DNA of 64,000 nucleotides from Nemertoderma westbladi (GCA_032718475.1 JAUCBJ010003267.1:33512-97511); one strand, 5' to 3'; shown: positions 11,801 through 24,534, counted from the stretch's first letter. Notes: generated by a model from the sequence alone, not told the origin. Program-made: numbers and translations.

Positions 11801-14800
11801 CAACTATTCGTGAACATGCTATAGAATCCGAGCACTCTTTCTCGTACACAGACTTCCCTCTCTACGACACTCAACTATTCGTGAACATGCTATAGAATCC
11901 GAGCACTCTTTCTCGTACACAGACTTCCCTCTCTACGACACTCAACTATTCGTGAACATGCTATAGAATCCGAGCACTCTTTCTCGTACACAGACTTCCC
12001 TCTCTACGACACTCAACTATTCGTGAACATGCTATAGAATCCGAGCACTCTTTCTCGTACACAGACTTCCCTCTCTAGGCACTCAACTATTCGTGAACAT
12101 GCTATAGTATCCGAGCACTCTTTCTTGTACACAGACTTCCCTCTCCCCACGGCACTCAACTATTCGTGAACATGCTATAGAATCCGAGCACTCTATCTCG
12201 TACACACACTTCTCTCTCTACGACACTCAACTATTCGTGAACATGCTATAGTATCCGAGCACTCTTTCTCGTACACAGACTTCCCTCTCTACGACACTCA
12301 ACTATTCGTGAACATGCTATAGAATCCGAGCACTCTTTCTCGTACACAGACTTCCCTCTCTACGACACTCAACTATTCGTGAACATGCTATAGAATCCGA
12401 GCACTCTTTCTCGTACACAGACTTCCCTCTCTACGACACTCAACTATTCGTGAACATGCTATAGAATCCGAGTACTCTTTCTCGTACACAGACTTCCCTC
12501 TCTACGACACTCAACTATTCGTGAACATGCTATAGAATCCGAGCACTCTTTCCCGTACACAGACTTCCCTCTCTAGGCACTCAACTATTCGTGAACATGC
12601 TATAGTATCCGAGCACTCTTTCTTGTACACAGACTTCCCTCTCCCCACGGCACTCAACTATTCGTGAACATGCTATAATCCGAGCACTCTATCTCGTACA
12701 CACACTTCTCTCTCTACGACACTCAACTATTCGTGAACATGCTATAGTATCCGAGCACTCTTTCTCGTACACAGACTTCCCTCTCTACGACACTCAACTA
12801 TTCGTGAACATGCTATAGAATCCGAGCACTCTTTCTCGTACACAGACTTCCCTCTCTACGACACTCAACTATTCGTGAACATGCTATAGAATCCGAGCAC
12901 TCTTTCTTGTACACAGACTTCCCTCTCCCCACGGCACTCAACTATTCGTGAACATGCTATAGAATCCGAGCACTCTATCTCGTACACACACTTCTCTCTC
13001 TACGACACTCAACTATTCGTGAACATGCTATAGTATCCGAGCACTCTTTCTCGTACACAGACTTCCCTCTCTACGACACTCAACTATTCGTGAACATGCT
13101 ATAGAATCCGAGCACTCTTTCTCGTACACAGACTTCCCTCTCTACGACACTCAACTATTCGTGAACATGCTATAGAATCCGAGCACTCTTTCTTGTACAC
13201 AGACTTCCCTCTCCCCACGGCACTCAACTATTCGTGAACATGCTATAGAATCCGAGCACTCTATCTCGTACACACACTTCTCTCCCCACGGCACTCAACT
13301 ATTCGTGAACATGCTATAGTATCCGATCACTCTTTCTCGTACACAGACTTCCCTCTCTACGACACTCAACTATTCGTGAACATGCTATAGAATCCGAGCA
13401 CTCTTTCTCGTACACAGACTTCCCTCTCTACGACACTCAACTATTCGTGAACATGCTATAGAATCCGAGCACTCTTTCTCGTACACAGACTTCCCTCTCT
13501 AGGCACTCAACTATTCGTGAACATGCTATAGTATCCGAGCACTCTTTCTCGTACACAGACTTCCCTCTCTACGACACTCAACTATTCGTGAACATGCTAT
13601 AGAATCCGAGCACTCTTTCTTGTACACAGACTTCCCTCTCCCCACGACACTCAACTATTCGTGAACATGCTATAGAATCCGAGCACTCTTTCTTGTACAC
13701 AGACTTCCCTCTCCCCACGGCACTCAACTATTCGTGAACATGCTATAGAATCCGAGCACTCTATCTCGTACACACACTTCTCTCTCTACGACACTCAACT
13801 ATTCGTGAACATGCTATAGTATCCGAGCACTCTTTCTCGTACACAGACTTCCCTCTCTACGACACTCAACTATTCGTGAACATGCTATAGAATCCGAGCA
13901 CTCTTTCTCGTACACAGACTTCCCTCTCTACGACACTCAACTATTCGTGAACATGCTATAGAATCCGAGCACTCTTTCTTGTACACAGACTTCCCTCTCT
14001 ACGACACTCAACTATTCGTGAACATGCTATAGAATCCGAGCACTCTTTCTTGTACACAGACTTCCCTCTCCCCACGGCACTCAACTATTCGTGAACATGC
14101 TATAGAATCCGAGCACTCTATCTCGTACACACACTTCTCTCTCTACGACACTCAACTATTCGTGAACATGCTATAGTATCCGAGCACTCTTTCTCGTACA
14201 CAGACTTCCCTCTCTACGACACTCAACTATTCGTGAACATGCTATAGAATCCGAGCACTCTTTCTCGTACACAGACTTCCCTCTCTACGACACTCAACTA
14301 TTCGTGAACATGCTATAGAATCCGAGCACTCTTTCTCGTACACAGACTTCCCTCTCTAGGCACTCAACTATTCGTGAACATGCTATAGAATCCGAGCACT
14401 CTATCTCGTACACACACTTCTCTCTCTACGGCACTCAACTATTCGTGAACATGCTATAGAATCCGAGCACTCTTTCTCGTACACAGACTTCCCTCTCTAC
14501 GACACTCAACTATTCGTGAACATGCTATAGAATCCGAGCACTCTATCTCGTACACACACTTCTCTCTCTACGACACTCAACTATTCGTGAACATGCTATA
14601 GAATCCGAGCACTCTTTCTCGTACACACACTTCTCTCTCTACGACACTCAACTATTCGTGAACATGCTATAGAATCCGAGCACTCTATCTCGTACACACA
14701 CTTCTCTCTCTACGACACTCAACTATTCGTGAACATGCCATAGAATCCGAGCACTCTATCTCGTACACACACTTATCTCTCTACGGCACTCAACTATTCG

Positions 14801-16793
14801 TGAACATGCTATAGAATCCGAGTACTCTTTCTCGTACACAGACTTCCCTCTCTAGGCACTCAACCATTCGTGAACATGCTATAGTATCCGAGCACTCTTT
14901 CTCGTACACACACTTCTCTCTCTACGACACTCAACTATTCGTGAACATGCTATAGAATCCGAGCACTCTTTCTCGTACACAGACTTCCCTCTCTACGGCA
15001 CTCAACTATTCGTGAACATGCCATAGAATCCGAGCACTCTATCTCGTACACACACTTCTCTCTCTACGGCACTCAACTATTCGTGAACATGCTATAGAAT
15101 CCGAGCACTCTTTCTCGTACACAGACTTCCCTCTCTAGGCACTCAACTATTCGTGAACATGCTATAGTATCCGAGCACTCTTTCTCGTACACAGACTTCC
15201 CTCTCTAGGCACTCAACTATTCGTGAACATGCTATAGTATCCGAGCACTCTTTCTCGTACACACACTTCTCTCTCTACGGCACTCAACTATTCGTGAACA
15301 TGCTATAGAATCCGAGCACTCTTTCTCGTACACAGACTTCTCTCTCTACGACACTCAACTATTCGTGAACATGCTATAGAATCCGAGCACTCTTTCTCGT
15401 ACACAGACTTCTCTCTCTACGACACTCAACTATTCGTGAACATGCTATAGAATCCGAGCACTCTTTCTCGTACACACACTTCTCTCTCTACGGCACTCAA
15501 CTATTCGTGAACATGCTATAGAATCCGAGCACTCTTTCTCGTACACAGACTTCTCTCTCTACGACACTCAACTATTCGTGAACATGCTATAGAATCCGAG
15601 CACTCTTTCTCGTACACAGACTTCTCTCTCTATGGCACTCAACTATTCGTGAACATGCTATAGAATCCGAGCACTCTTTCTCGTACACACACTTCTCTCT
15701 CTACGGCACTCAACTATTCGTGAACATGCTATAGAATCCGAGCACTCTTTCTCGTACACAGACTTCTCTCTCTATGGCACTCAACTATTCGTGAACATGC
15801 TATATAATCCGAGCACTCTATCTCGTACACACACTCCTCTCTCTACGACACTCAACTATTCGTGAACATGCTATAGAATCCGAGCACTCTTTCTCGTACA
15901 CAGACTTCTCTCTCTATGGCACTCAACTATTCGTGAACATGCTATATAATCCGAGCACTCTATCTCGTACACACACTTCTCTCTCTACGGCACTCAACTA
16001 TTCGTGAACATGCTATAGAATCCGAGCACTCTTTCTCGTACACAGACTTCTCTCTCTACGACACTCAACTATTCGTGAACATGCTATAGAATCCGAGCAC
16101 TCTATCTCGTACACACACTTCTCTCTCTACGACACTCAACTATTCGTGAACATGCTATAGAATCCGAGCACTCTTTCTCGTACACAGACTTCCCTCTCTA
16201 CGACACTCAACTATTCGTGAACATGCTATAGAATCCGAGCACTCTATCTCGTACACACACTTCTCTCTCTACGACACTCAACTATTCGTGAACATGCTAT
16301 AGAATCCGAGCACTCTTTCTCGTACACAGACTTCTCTCTCTACGGCACTCAACTATTCGTGAACATGCTATAGAATCCGAGCACTCTATCTCGTACACAC
16401 ACTTCTCTCTCTACGACACTCAACTATTCGTGAACATGCTATAGAATCCGAGCACTCTTTCTCGTACACAGACTTCTCTCTCTGCGACACTCAACTATTC
16501 GTGAACATGCCATAGAATCCGAGCACTCTTTCTCGTACACAGACTTCCCTCTCTACGACACTCAACTATTCGTGAACATGCTATAGAATCCGAGCACTCT
16601 TTCTCGTACACAGACTTCCCTCTCTACGACACTCAACTATTCGTGAACATGCTATAGTATCCGAGCACTCTATCTCGTACACAGACTTATCTCTCTACGG
16701 CACTCAACTATTCGTGAACATGCTATAGTATCCGAGCACTCTTTCTCGTACACAGACTTCTCTCTCTACGACACTCAACTATTCGTGAACATG
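8818..16793. repeat. 71-bp satellite, ~112 copies
   Basis: Unit AACATGCTATAGAATCCGAGCACTCTTTCTCGTACACAGACTTCCCTCTCTACGACACTCAACTATTCGTG; period 71 (e.g. 8881 to 8952); a few recurrent variant positions. Confidence 0.98.
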
Positions 16794-17339
16794 ATTCATC
16801 TATTAAACATGACAAACCTACACTCAATATTCAAGGGACCTCCTTTCCACTAATCTTATTCCAGTACTGTATACGATGTACTGTAGCAGCTGCCTCATTT
16901 TAGTTTACTGTCCCGGTTTCTTTTCTATTTTTTGCTAAATATATTATTATACAGTTAGGTTCCCAATTATTATAATATACAGTAGGCCTAATGTACGTGA
17001 TTAAACTTTGCTCACTCACATTTACTTACATACATATTTCTTACTTTCTTAATTGATGCTGTCATTTGCACTTTTTGATTGGTCCCTTTTGTGTTAATCT
17101 AGTTTACAGTTTTTAAATTTTACTCTAAGTTGTCTATATGTAACTCCACTGAAGATGTTATAAAGTTAATATATCGAAACGTTTGGACTATTAAAATGTT
17201 TTTTTTTATTCCTTTTGCGCTTTTATTTGTACTAAGACTTAGATTCCCTACTAAGTAAAATTATGTTTTAATATAATAAAAAAATAAAAATATTCTCAAA
17301 TTCTAAAAATTCTAAAAATATAATTATCATTTTACTCAC

Positions 17340-17538
17340 CGTTAACCAAGGGTGATCCAATATTTCGCCAGGGGTGAGTCTATAAGCGGGGTCCACCTTT
17401 AGCATCCCTTTTATCAGATGGCTGGCTTCCGGGGAGACTGTCAGCCATACGGGCTCCGTGAAGGCCGGGCAGCCCAGTTTAATGCTGGCGTACAGTTCGT
17501 CCTCATTGTGGCCGTAGAACGGCGGACTGCCGCATAAT
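17340..17538 (-). CDS. STK33: Internal exon of a CAMK-group Ser/Thr kinase, STK33-like (C-terminal kinase lobe)
   Basis: ctgtag| acceptor and |gtgagt donor; encodes LCGSPPFYGHNEDELYASIKLG..VW..VSPEA..LIKGMLKVDPAYRLTPGEILDHPWLT. The KVDPA.R.T..E.LD..WLT end is STK33-like. Only this exon was found. Confidence 0.75.
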
Positions 17539-17741
17539 CTACAGGGATTTGCGATGTCGTGAATAACCGCTAGATGCCAGATGGAAGTTCCCATACAAAA
17601 TGGTTAATCAATAAAATGTATATCGCACTAATTTTGCGTATTTTTGATTCGCACCCGTAATAAAGTTAAATAATGTCTCTATCACTAAATTTTATTGATT
17701 GGTTCATTGGATTCATATAGAAGTACCGGCAACAAAGTTTA

Positions 17742-17960
17742 AGTTGTCCAGTTGGTTATATTGTTGGCCTTGGCCTTCTAACCCAGAAGGTCGAGATTTC
17801 GACCCCAAGAGAAGGAACATCCAAGTTTTCGTTAAGACTTTAACATTAAACAACGATTCAGCCCACCCAGGTTTAATGGGAACCTGGCTTATAATACGGG
17901 AGCAAAGAAAAGGGTTGGATAAGAGAATTGAACCTTGGAAGTTAGTGCGGCGTCCTCGAT
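17742..17960 (+). mobile_element. Degenerate tRNA-derived SINE-like fragment
   Basis: A-box-like GTCCAGTTGG and B-box-like GATTTCGACCC, followed by CAGCCCACCCAGGT..AATGGGAACCTGG resembling conserved SINE central motifs. Confidence 0.4.
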
Positions 17961-18171
17961 AAACCGATGACTTATTAAACCGATATACTTATACTAATGA
18001 CTTATTCATCTTCTGCTGTGTGAAATAATTTTTATATTTTATATAATGTTGCCAAAACCCGTTTAAACTGAAAACTTTAAGAATATCCCGATAAGATAAT
18101 AACTTCGGGATAGTTATTGACAGTAACAATGTGTTGGCAAGCTGTATTTTTCGAGGTGTTTGTTATTATAC

Positions 18172-18631
18172 ATTTATTATAGGAAGGGATCTAGGGGTCT
18201 TAACTTCGAATGATAAGTTTATTTAACCGAAAATAACTTATCTTTTATTGGCGCAATTGTAGGACTAATCCCATCACATGCGTACTTTTTAACTGGGTAG
18301 TGTACAAATTTAGGAATCGCGTAATTTTTTCTTGAAATTAATATCTCATATCTCTCCAAACCACGTACGCGTTTCCTGGGTCTCATCAGCGTGGTGTCGG
18401 TTTCGAACCTGGGACCACGAGGTGGAAGCCGAGATAACAACCACTAGGCCACAGGTTCTTGAGATATGGAGTATTAATTTCAAAGCCAGCTGCCTTTGTA
18501 CAGTACCCGGTTAAAAAGTACGCATGTGATGGGATTAGTCCTACAATTGCGCCAATAAAAGATAAGTTATTTCCGGTAAAATAAACTTATCATTCGAGGT
18601 TAAGACACCTAGATCCCTTCCTATAATAAAT
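18172..18631. mobile_element. Foldback/MITE with ~137-bp inverted arms
   Basis: 18172-18308 is the near-perfect reverse complement of 18496-18631 (AGGAAGGGATCTAGG... / ...CCTAGATCCCTTCCT); weaker symmetry continues inward. Confidence 0.9.
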
Positions 18632-18699
18632 CACAGTTATAGTATACAGATGGTGTTATGCAAGAAACTCATATTTCCAGCGTGTTATGAAAAAATTAA

Positions 18700-19454
18700 C
18701 TTGGGGGAACCAATGAGACACCCCCAATGTTATATAGTGTCTGGTTGGAGATGTGTGCATTGTACTTGACACAATGAACCCGGCGTAGCATTCTTGTGAA
18801 TGTGCCATCCAGAGATTTGGTGTCCTCAGCAGTTAGAGCCCAGCATGGACTCCCATAGAGAAGTACTGGAACTACTACTGCTCTAAATAATCGGACCTTA
18901 AGTTTCCGATTAATTCTCGGTGACTTCCAAATCCTGGAAAGCCTATTCAAGGCTGCCCATGCCTTTCCCTTACGTATTCGAAGGTCCTCACCTACTTCCG
19001 GATCCATGATCCCAGGTAACAGAAGTCGTCCACATGCTCACGCATACCATCCTTTGAGCTTATGCTCATCCGATCAGAGACTTGCTGAGGACTTTCAAAG
19101 TTAACTGTCAACATTTTGGTTTTCTGGAGTTAATATTATTATTATTATTATTTTATTTTATTTTATTTATGTTCTAATGAGCTGAGGAGCCGTTGGGCTC
19201 CCTCTAATGATTCTGAGAGTACTCCTAAGTCATCAGCAAAGTCTAGATCAGTTAGGTACTTGGCAGGATTTCCTCGATTTCTGGAGCCAGTACGTGGAGT
19301 TATCATCACCCCATCATCATTATGATGATCTAAGGACATGCTTAGAACATAGTCAACAAGAATCCGGATGCGATTTAATAGAATTCTATTGTATAGCTTT
19401 GCAGCAATCGAGATCAATGAGATTCCCCGAAAAGAACCATAGAGTGTTAGGTTG
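18700..19454 (-). mobile_element. Degraded RTE-clade LINE fragment (copy A', same family as 21446-23239)
   Basis: Highly similar to 21738-22835, with an internal deletion near 19357-19367, a (TTA)n/(TTTTA)n replacement at ~19132-19168 and frameshifts. Confidence 0.9.
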
Positions 19455-21445
19455 TGTTGATTCGGTCAGGTCAGGTCCCCAGATCCTGCTACCACTATGG
19501 CAGTAATGTGGTACTACCTGTAGCTGTCAGCCCAGTAGGGCAGGCCCGATAAGCATAGCCTATTCATTATTTAGTTGATCAAGAGTGGGTTGGTTCAGCC
19601 CCGTCAACTAAATAAGTCACTGAGGGCTATAGCACCTAGGGCACCATTGAAGGCAAAGGCTTGATACGCATCTGCATTAGAGATGATACAAGCCCCGCCC
19701 TGTCTATACTGGATGCTCCTCTACCAGTGTTAGGTAACCTAACCCAGGAGGCACACTTGGTTCAGGGTGTAACAAATGGACCCCTACAGTCGGCAGCAGG
19801 GCTGTAGGCCATGGATAGGCGGAAGGTAATCAACCAACGGCTAGACATGCTGACAAGGTCGGCGGAAGGTAATCAACCAACGGCGACCTACTGCGAAGAC
19901 GCTTGTAGGAGTTGCGACCACAAGCGGTTTACCCCCGCAACTGAAAGATATGAGTATGAGAACCCTCCAGGAGAAATACCGGCTCGGTAGTCGCCCGGGT
20001 CAACAAGGACCGCGTCCCTCAGTGGTACACCAGGCTGGGGTCGATAAATTGGCTACTGGAACAGAAGACAGAGAAGAAAGAAGAACCAACCTGTTGAAAT
20101 GTAAAAAGACACTAAAGATTGCTACAATGAACGCACGCACGCTGAAAGCACAGAGCAAACAGGGTGACATGGTCGCTCTGGCAATGGAATATAACATCGA
20201 CATCATCTGCATCCAAGAACATCGGATTTGTCATGAAGACACTGCCATGAAGTACAATGACATTGGAAATGGATGGACGTTAGTAACAAGCTCAGCAGTA
20301 AGAAACTCGGCCAATGCATCAATTGGTGGAGTAGGAATTCTGCTAAGCCCATTTGCACTTAAGACTCTAAACAACATCGAATCTATAAATTCCAGGGTTA
20401 TGATCGCTACATTTGATGGGAATCCCAAGACAACAGTTATATGTTGCTACAGTCCAACCAATGCATCAGAGCCAGAACAAGCAGTCAAGTTTTATGAAGA
20501 ACTGACTGGACTTATTAAGGACATCCCGAAACACAATGTTAAAGTCATTGCTGGTGACCTGAATGCGCAAATTGGCCCAGAAGACATCAAGGGTTACACC
20601 TATAACACCAGTTCTAACAGAAATGGGTACTTACTCTTAGACCTAATGGAAGAATGTGAATTGATACCAACAAACAACACATTCGAAAAGAGTAAGGGGA
20701 AGCTATGGACCTTTCAATACCCTAATGGAACCAAAGCACAACTGGATTACATCCTTATAAACAAAAAGTGGAGAAATAGCATGATCAACTGCGAGGCATA
20801 CAGCTCGTTCAACCTAATTGGTTCGGACCACAGAATTGTGACTGCAGAGATCAGACTCAGTTTGAGAGCCAGCAAACCCAGGACAAGCAAGCAAATCAAC
20901 TATGACTGGGAGAAACTCAGAACTGACAATGCTGTAAAGGATGCTTATACAGTAGAAGTTCAAAACCGCTTTGAAGCACTTCAGTCAATGGATGAAGACC
21001 AATCCACCGATTCAATATACCAGAATATAATAACAGCCCACAAGGAATCAGCAAAGAGGCATATCCCCCAGAAACCTAAACGAAAACAGTATGTGCCATG
21101 GCAAAACTCTGAGGTTACTTGTAAGAGAGACGATCTTAAGATAGCCTACAAAGTTAAAACCGAACAACCAACAACCGAAAACATTAACAAGGTTGAGAAA
21201 GCTAAGGACGATCTTAAATTGGCCTACAACATCAGCCAGGAAAAGTACATACAGGATAAAACTGAAGCAATTACAACTGCTCACCTACAGCAACAATCAA
21301 GACTTACCTGGCAAACTGTAAATGAGGTATCTGGTCGGAAAAGTTGTGCAAAGGGGCGCCTCAAAGCCGATAGTCCTGAAGAACGTGTTGGGAAGTGGAA
21401 AAATCACTTCAGCAACTTGCTTGGGCAGCCACCAAACATCGAGGT
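19455..21445 (+). mobile_element. RTE-clade LINE (family B): 5' UTR plus AP-endonuclease half of the ORF (ORF from 19950)
   Basis: APE motifs IATMNARTL, IICIQEHR, GGVGILL, CYSPTN, GDLNAQIG, LDYILI, SDHRIV; ORF interrupted at 21446 by another LINE's tail. Confidence 0.93.
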
Positions 21446-23239
21446 CTACTACTACTACTAGGATCGGCATGCTGCATTGCAGCTGCATTTTTAAGAATGC
21501 TGTGCCGGCTTGTCAACAAAATTGCACCGCCACAACTCCCTATCACCCATGACATTTGCTAGATCATCCGCATCTTTAAGGCCAGTGTCCTTTAAGATGC
21601 GTCTCAAGAAAGTCATGGGCTGTCCACCATGCTTATTCACTCCATGAGGCTGCCAAAGTACAAGATTATGCACTGGCTGGTCCTCACGGCGAAAGCAATG
21701 TCCTGCAAAGCGGAGGCGATTTTGTTCTAGTGTCCAGCTTGGGGGAACCAATGAGACACCTCCAATGTTATATAGGGTCTGGTTGGAGATGTGTGCATTG
21801 TACTTGACACAATGAACCCGGCGTAGCATTCTTGTGAATGTGCCATCCAGAGATTTGGTGTCCTCAGCAGTTAGAGCCCAGCATGGACTCCCGTAGAGGA
21901 GTACTGGAACTACTGCTGCTCTAAATAATCGGACCTTAAGTTTCCGATTAATTCTCGGTGATTTCCAAATCCTGGAAAGCCTATTCAAGGCTGTCCATGC
22001 CTTTCCCTTACGTATTCGAAGGTCCTCACCTGACTTCCGGATCCATGATCCCAGGTAACAGAAGTCGTCCACATGCTCAAGCATACCATCCTTTGAGCTT
22101 ATGCTCATCCGATCAGAGACTTGCTGAGGACTTTCAAAGTTAACAGTCAGAATTTTGGTCTTTCTGGAGTTAATAAAAAGACCAACACTAGAAGCAGCAT
22201 GTTCTAATGAGCTGAGGAGCCGTTGGGCTCCCTCTAATGATTCTGAGAGTACTCCTAAGTCATCAGCAAAGTCTAGATCAGTTAGGTACTTGGCAGGATT
22301 TCCTCGACTTCTGGAGCCAGTAGGTGGAGTTATCATCACCCCATCATCATTATAATGATCTAAGGACATGCGTAGAACATAGTCAACCACAATAATGAAC
22401 AAGAATGGTGCAAGTGTGTCTCCTTGGAGGACGCCCCATAACACTTCAAATGGTTCTGTGTCACCGTCAACAGTAGACACAAATGTTGTCGAACCATCGT
22501 ATACTGATCTGATTGCTGCAATAATTTCATCAGGAATCCCATATAATGAAAGTATGCTGAACATACGTGAGCGAGAGACTGAATCAAAGGCCTTGAAGAA
22601 GTCAACAAAGATAACAGCCAGATGCCTGTCTTTCTTTTTTGATAATTCTTCAATTATCCTTCTAAGTGCCAAAATGGGCTCCATGGTCCCACGACCTTTA
22701 CGGAACCCATTCTGATTTCCACGGAGCAGTCTCTCAATGGGATCCCTGATGCGATTTAATAGAATCCTATTGTATAGCTTTGCAGCAATCGAGATCAATG
22801 AGATTCCCCGAAAAGAACCATAGAGTGTTAGGTTGCCCTTCTTGGGAACTGGCACCAACTTATTTGTTTTCATTTCTTGTGGGACTCTTGTTGTTCGGTA
22901 CATGTCTACTATGATGGGATAGATGAGCTTTAAACACTCAGGTATTTTAAAGACCTCAGGGGGAACACCATCTACTCCACTGGCACGATTGGTCTTAATG
23001 CTCTTTGCAGCAGCCTTCACTTCTGCAAAGGAGATATCGCCAATGGGAATATCTGGGAGTACAGACTCAGACACTTTTACTTCTATAAAGTTATCAGGCA
23101 ATACCCTGTCATTATTGAGGAGCTTTTCAAAGTGGGCTTTCCAACCATTGAGGCGATCGGCTGGTGATTCAGCCTTAACCTTGGTGGTTGGTTGGCTTTT
23201 CCGCCCAGTAAGCAGATTGATTGATTTCCATGCCTGGAT
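21446..23239 (-). mobile_element. 5'-truncated RTE-clade LINE (family A) with open RT frame and (TAG)5 tail
   Basis: ORF 21491-23101 with KKGNL..FRGISL, NQNGFRKGR, FVDFFKAFDSV, GVLQGDTLAPFLF, DLDFADDL, FCYLGS; (TAG)5 tail at 21446-21460. Confidence 0.95.
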
Positions 23240-23739
23240 TCAGCCCTACAAGGAAAATATATGACAAGACACTACCTATAGAAACAGGGGATTTCACACC
23301 TGCCGAACTCCAAAGAAGCATTAAAAGCATGTCCAATAATAAAGCGAGTGGATTAGATGAAATCCCAGCGGAGGTATGGAAAACCGGAGTGCTAAATAGA
23401 CCATTATTGAATGTTTGCAACCGGATGTTAAAAGGGGAAAAGCCACCACCAATTTGGACTAAAGGTCAACTAAAGCCTCTCCCCAAGAAAGGAGACCTCG
23501 GCATACCAACAAACTATCGTGGGATCTGTCTGCTTGTGGTAGCTGCCAAAATATACAATAAAATGATTCTATATAGGATAAGGCCTCACATAGAGAAACT
23601 ACTGCGTAAGAGCCAAAACGGATTTCGACCAAGTAGATCAACAATAGCTCAGATACTTGCACTACGGAGACTGATTGAAGGAATCAAGTCAAAGAATCTC
23701 ACCGCAGTCATGACTTTTGTGGACTTCAAGAAGGCATTC
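23240..23739 (+). mobile_element. Continuation of RTE family B (start of RT domain), 3'-truncated
   Basis: ..SPTRKIYDK..KASGLDEIPAEVWK..KKGDL..NYRGICL..QNGFRPSRS..FVDFKKAF, then homology ends abruptly; joins in frame to ..QPPNIEV at 21445. Confidence 0.9.
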
Positions 23740-23869
23740 ATACAAGCAACGAGCCCTGCACTGTAGTTTATATACACTGTAGCATATACAACAATTTATC
23801 ATTTGCTCAGTATACAGTATAATTGTACAGTTTTATGTATTTTACTACCGTACTCGTGTCGATATTGGC

Positions 23870-24082
23870 TTTGACGCGTGACGCGTCCCCGTGGGTTGGG
23901 GCTCCCCTCATAGACGTCAATGCTTTCTACAAGTTTGACGCGTCCGCAAAATAGGTCTGAGACCTAAATTATTTTGACGTGTCCACGTGACACGTTGGCT
24001 GGGGCTGCTCCCATAGGAACCCTTACAACCTATTTTATAATCTTGACGCGTGACGCGACCGCGTTGGTTGGGGCTCCCCTTT
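23870..24082. repeat. Short local repeats TTGACGCGTGACGCG...GGTTGGGGCTCCC (3-4 copies), probable MITE remnant
   Basis: Motif at ~23871, 23934, 23974 and 24043. Confidence 0.5.
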
Positions 24083-24277
24083 TAATTAGCCATTATCTCC
24101 AAAATGTTGTCCCGATGTTTTTGTTTGCAGCAGATGTTCAAAAAACGGCATTTGACGTTCACGCGGTGTGGTTGTCAAAATTCCCCCCCCCCCCCGCCCC
24201 CCCCACCCCACATGTTCCACGCAACTCACATAAAAGTGGAGTTCCGATTCCATCGGTATGTAAATTTTATCTTTCAG

Positions 24278-24534
24278 TTTGCGAATACTACACCCACATT
24301 GACTGTATAGACTTTGTTATTTCGGATTGTAAGATTGGTTCGATCAGCGCAGTTGCGGACAGCCCCAGAAAAGATTCCACTGTTCGCATGAGGTCGCACC
24401 ACTGGCGCGAAGGTAACCTAGCGACGGGATCCAAGTGCGTTAAATGTCGGAAGAATTGTGGCAATACGGAAAGTTTCAGTGGAATGCGATGCGAGTGGTG
24501 TCAGCTGACAGCGCATCCCGCCTGCTATAGAAGC
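24278..24534 (+). CDS. DGKQ: Diacylglycerol kinase theta exon (end of C1b, C1c)
   Basis: tttcag| acceptor, |gttagt donor; VCEYYTHIDCIDFVISDC..HHWREGNL..GSKCVKCRKNC..GMRCEWCQLTAHPAC is typical of DGK-theta; ends phase 0. Confidence 0.92.

Noticed and set aside
8818-16793. CRISPR-like appearance (constant ~30 bp plus variable segment) next to a reverse transcriptase
   Set aside because: The variable parts are near-identical variants of one sequence rather than unique spacers; there are no cas genes and the context is eukaryotic. It is a satellite.
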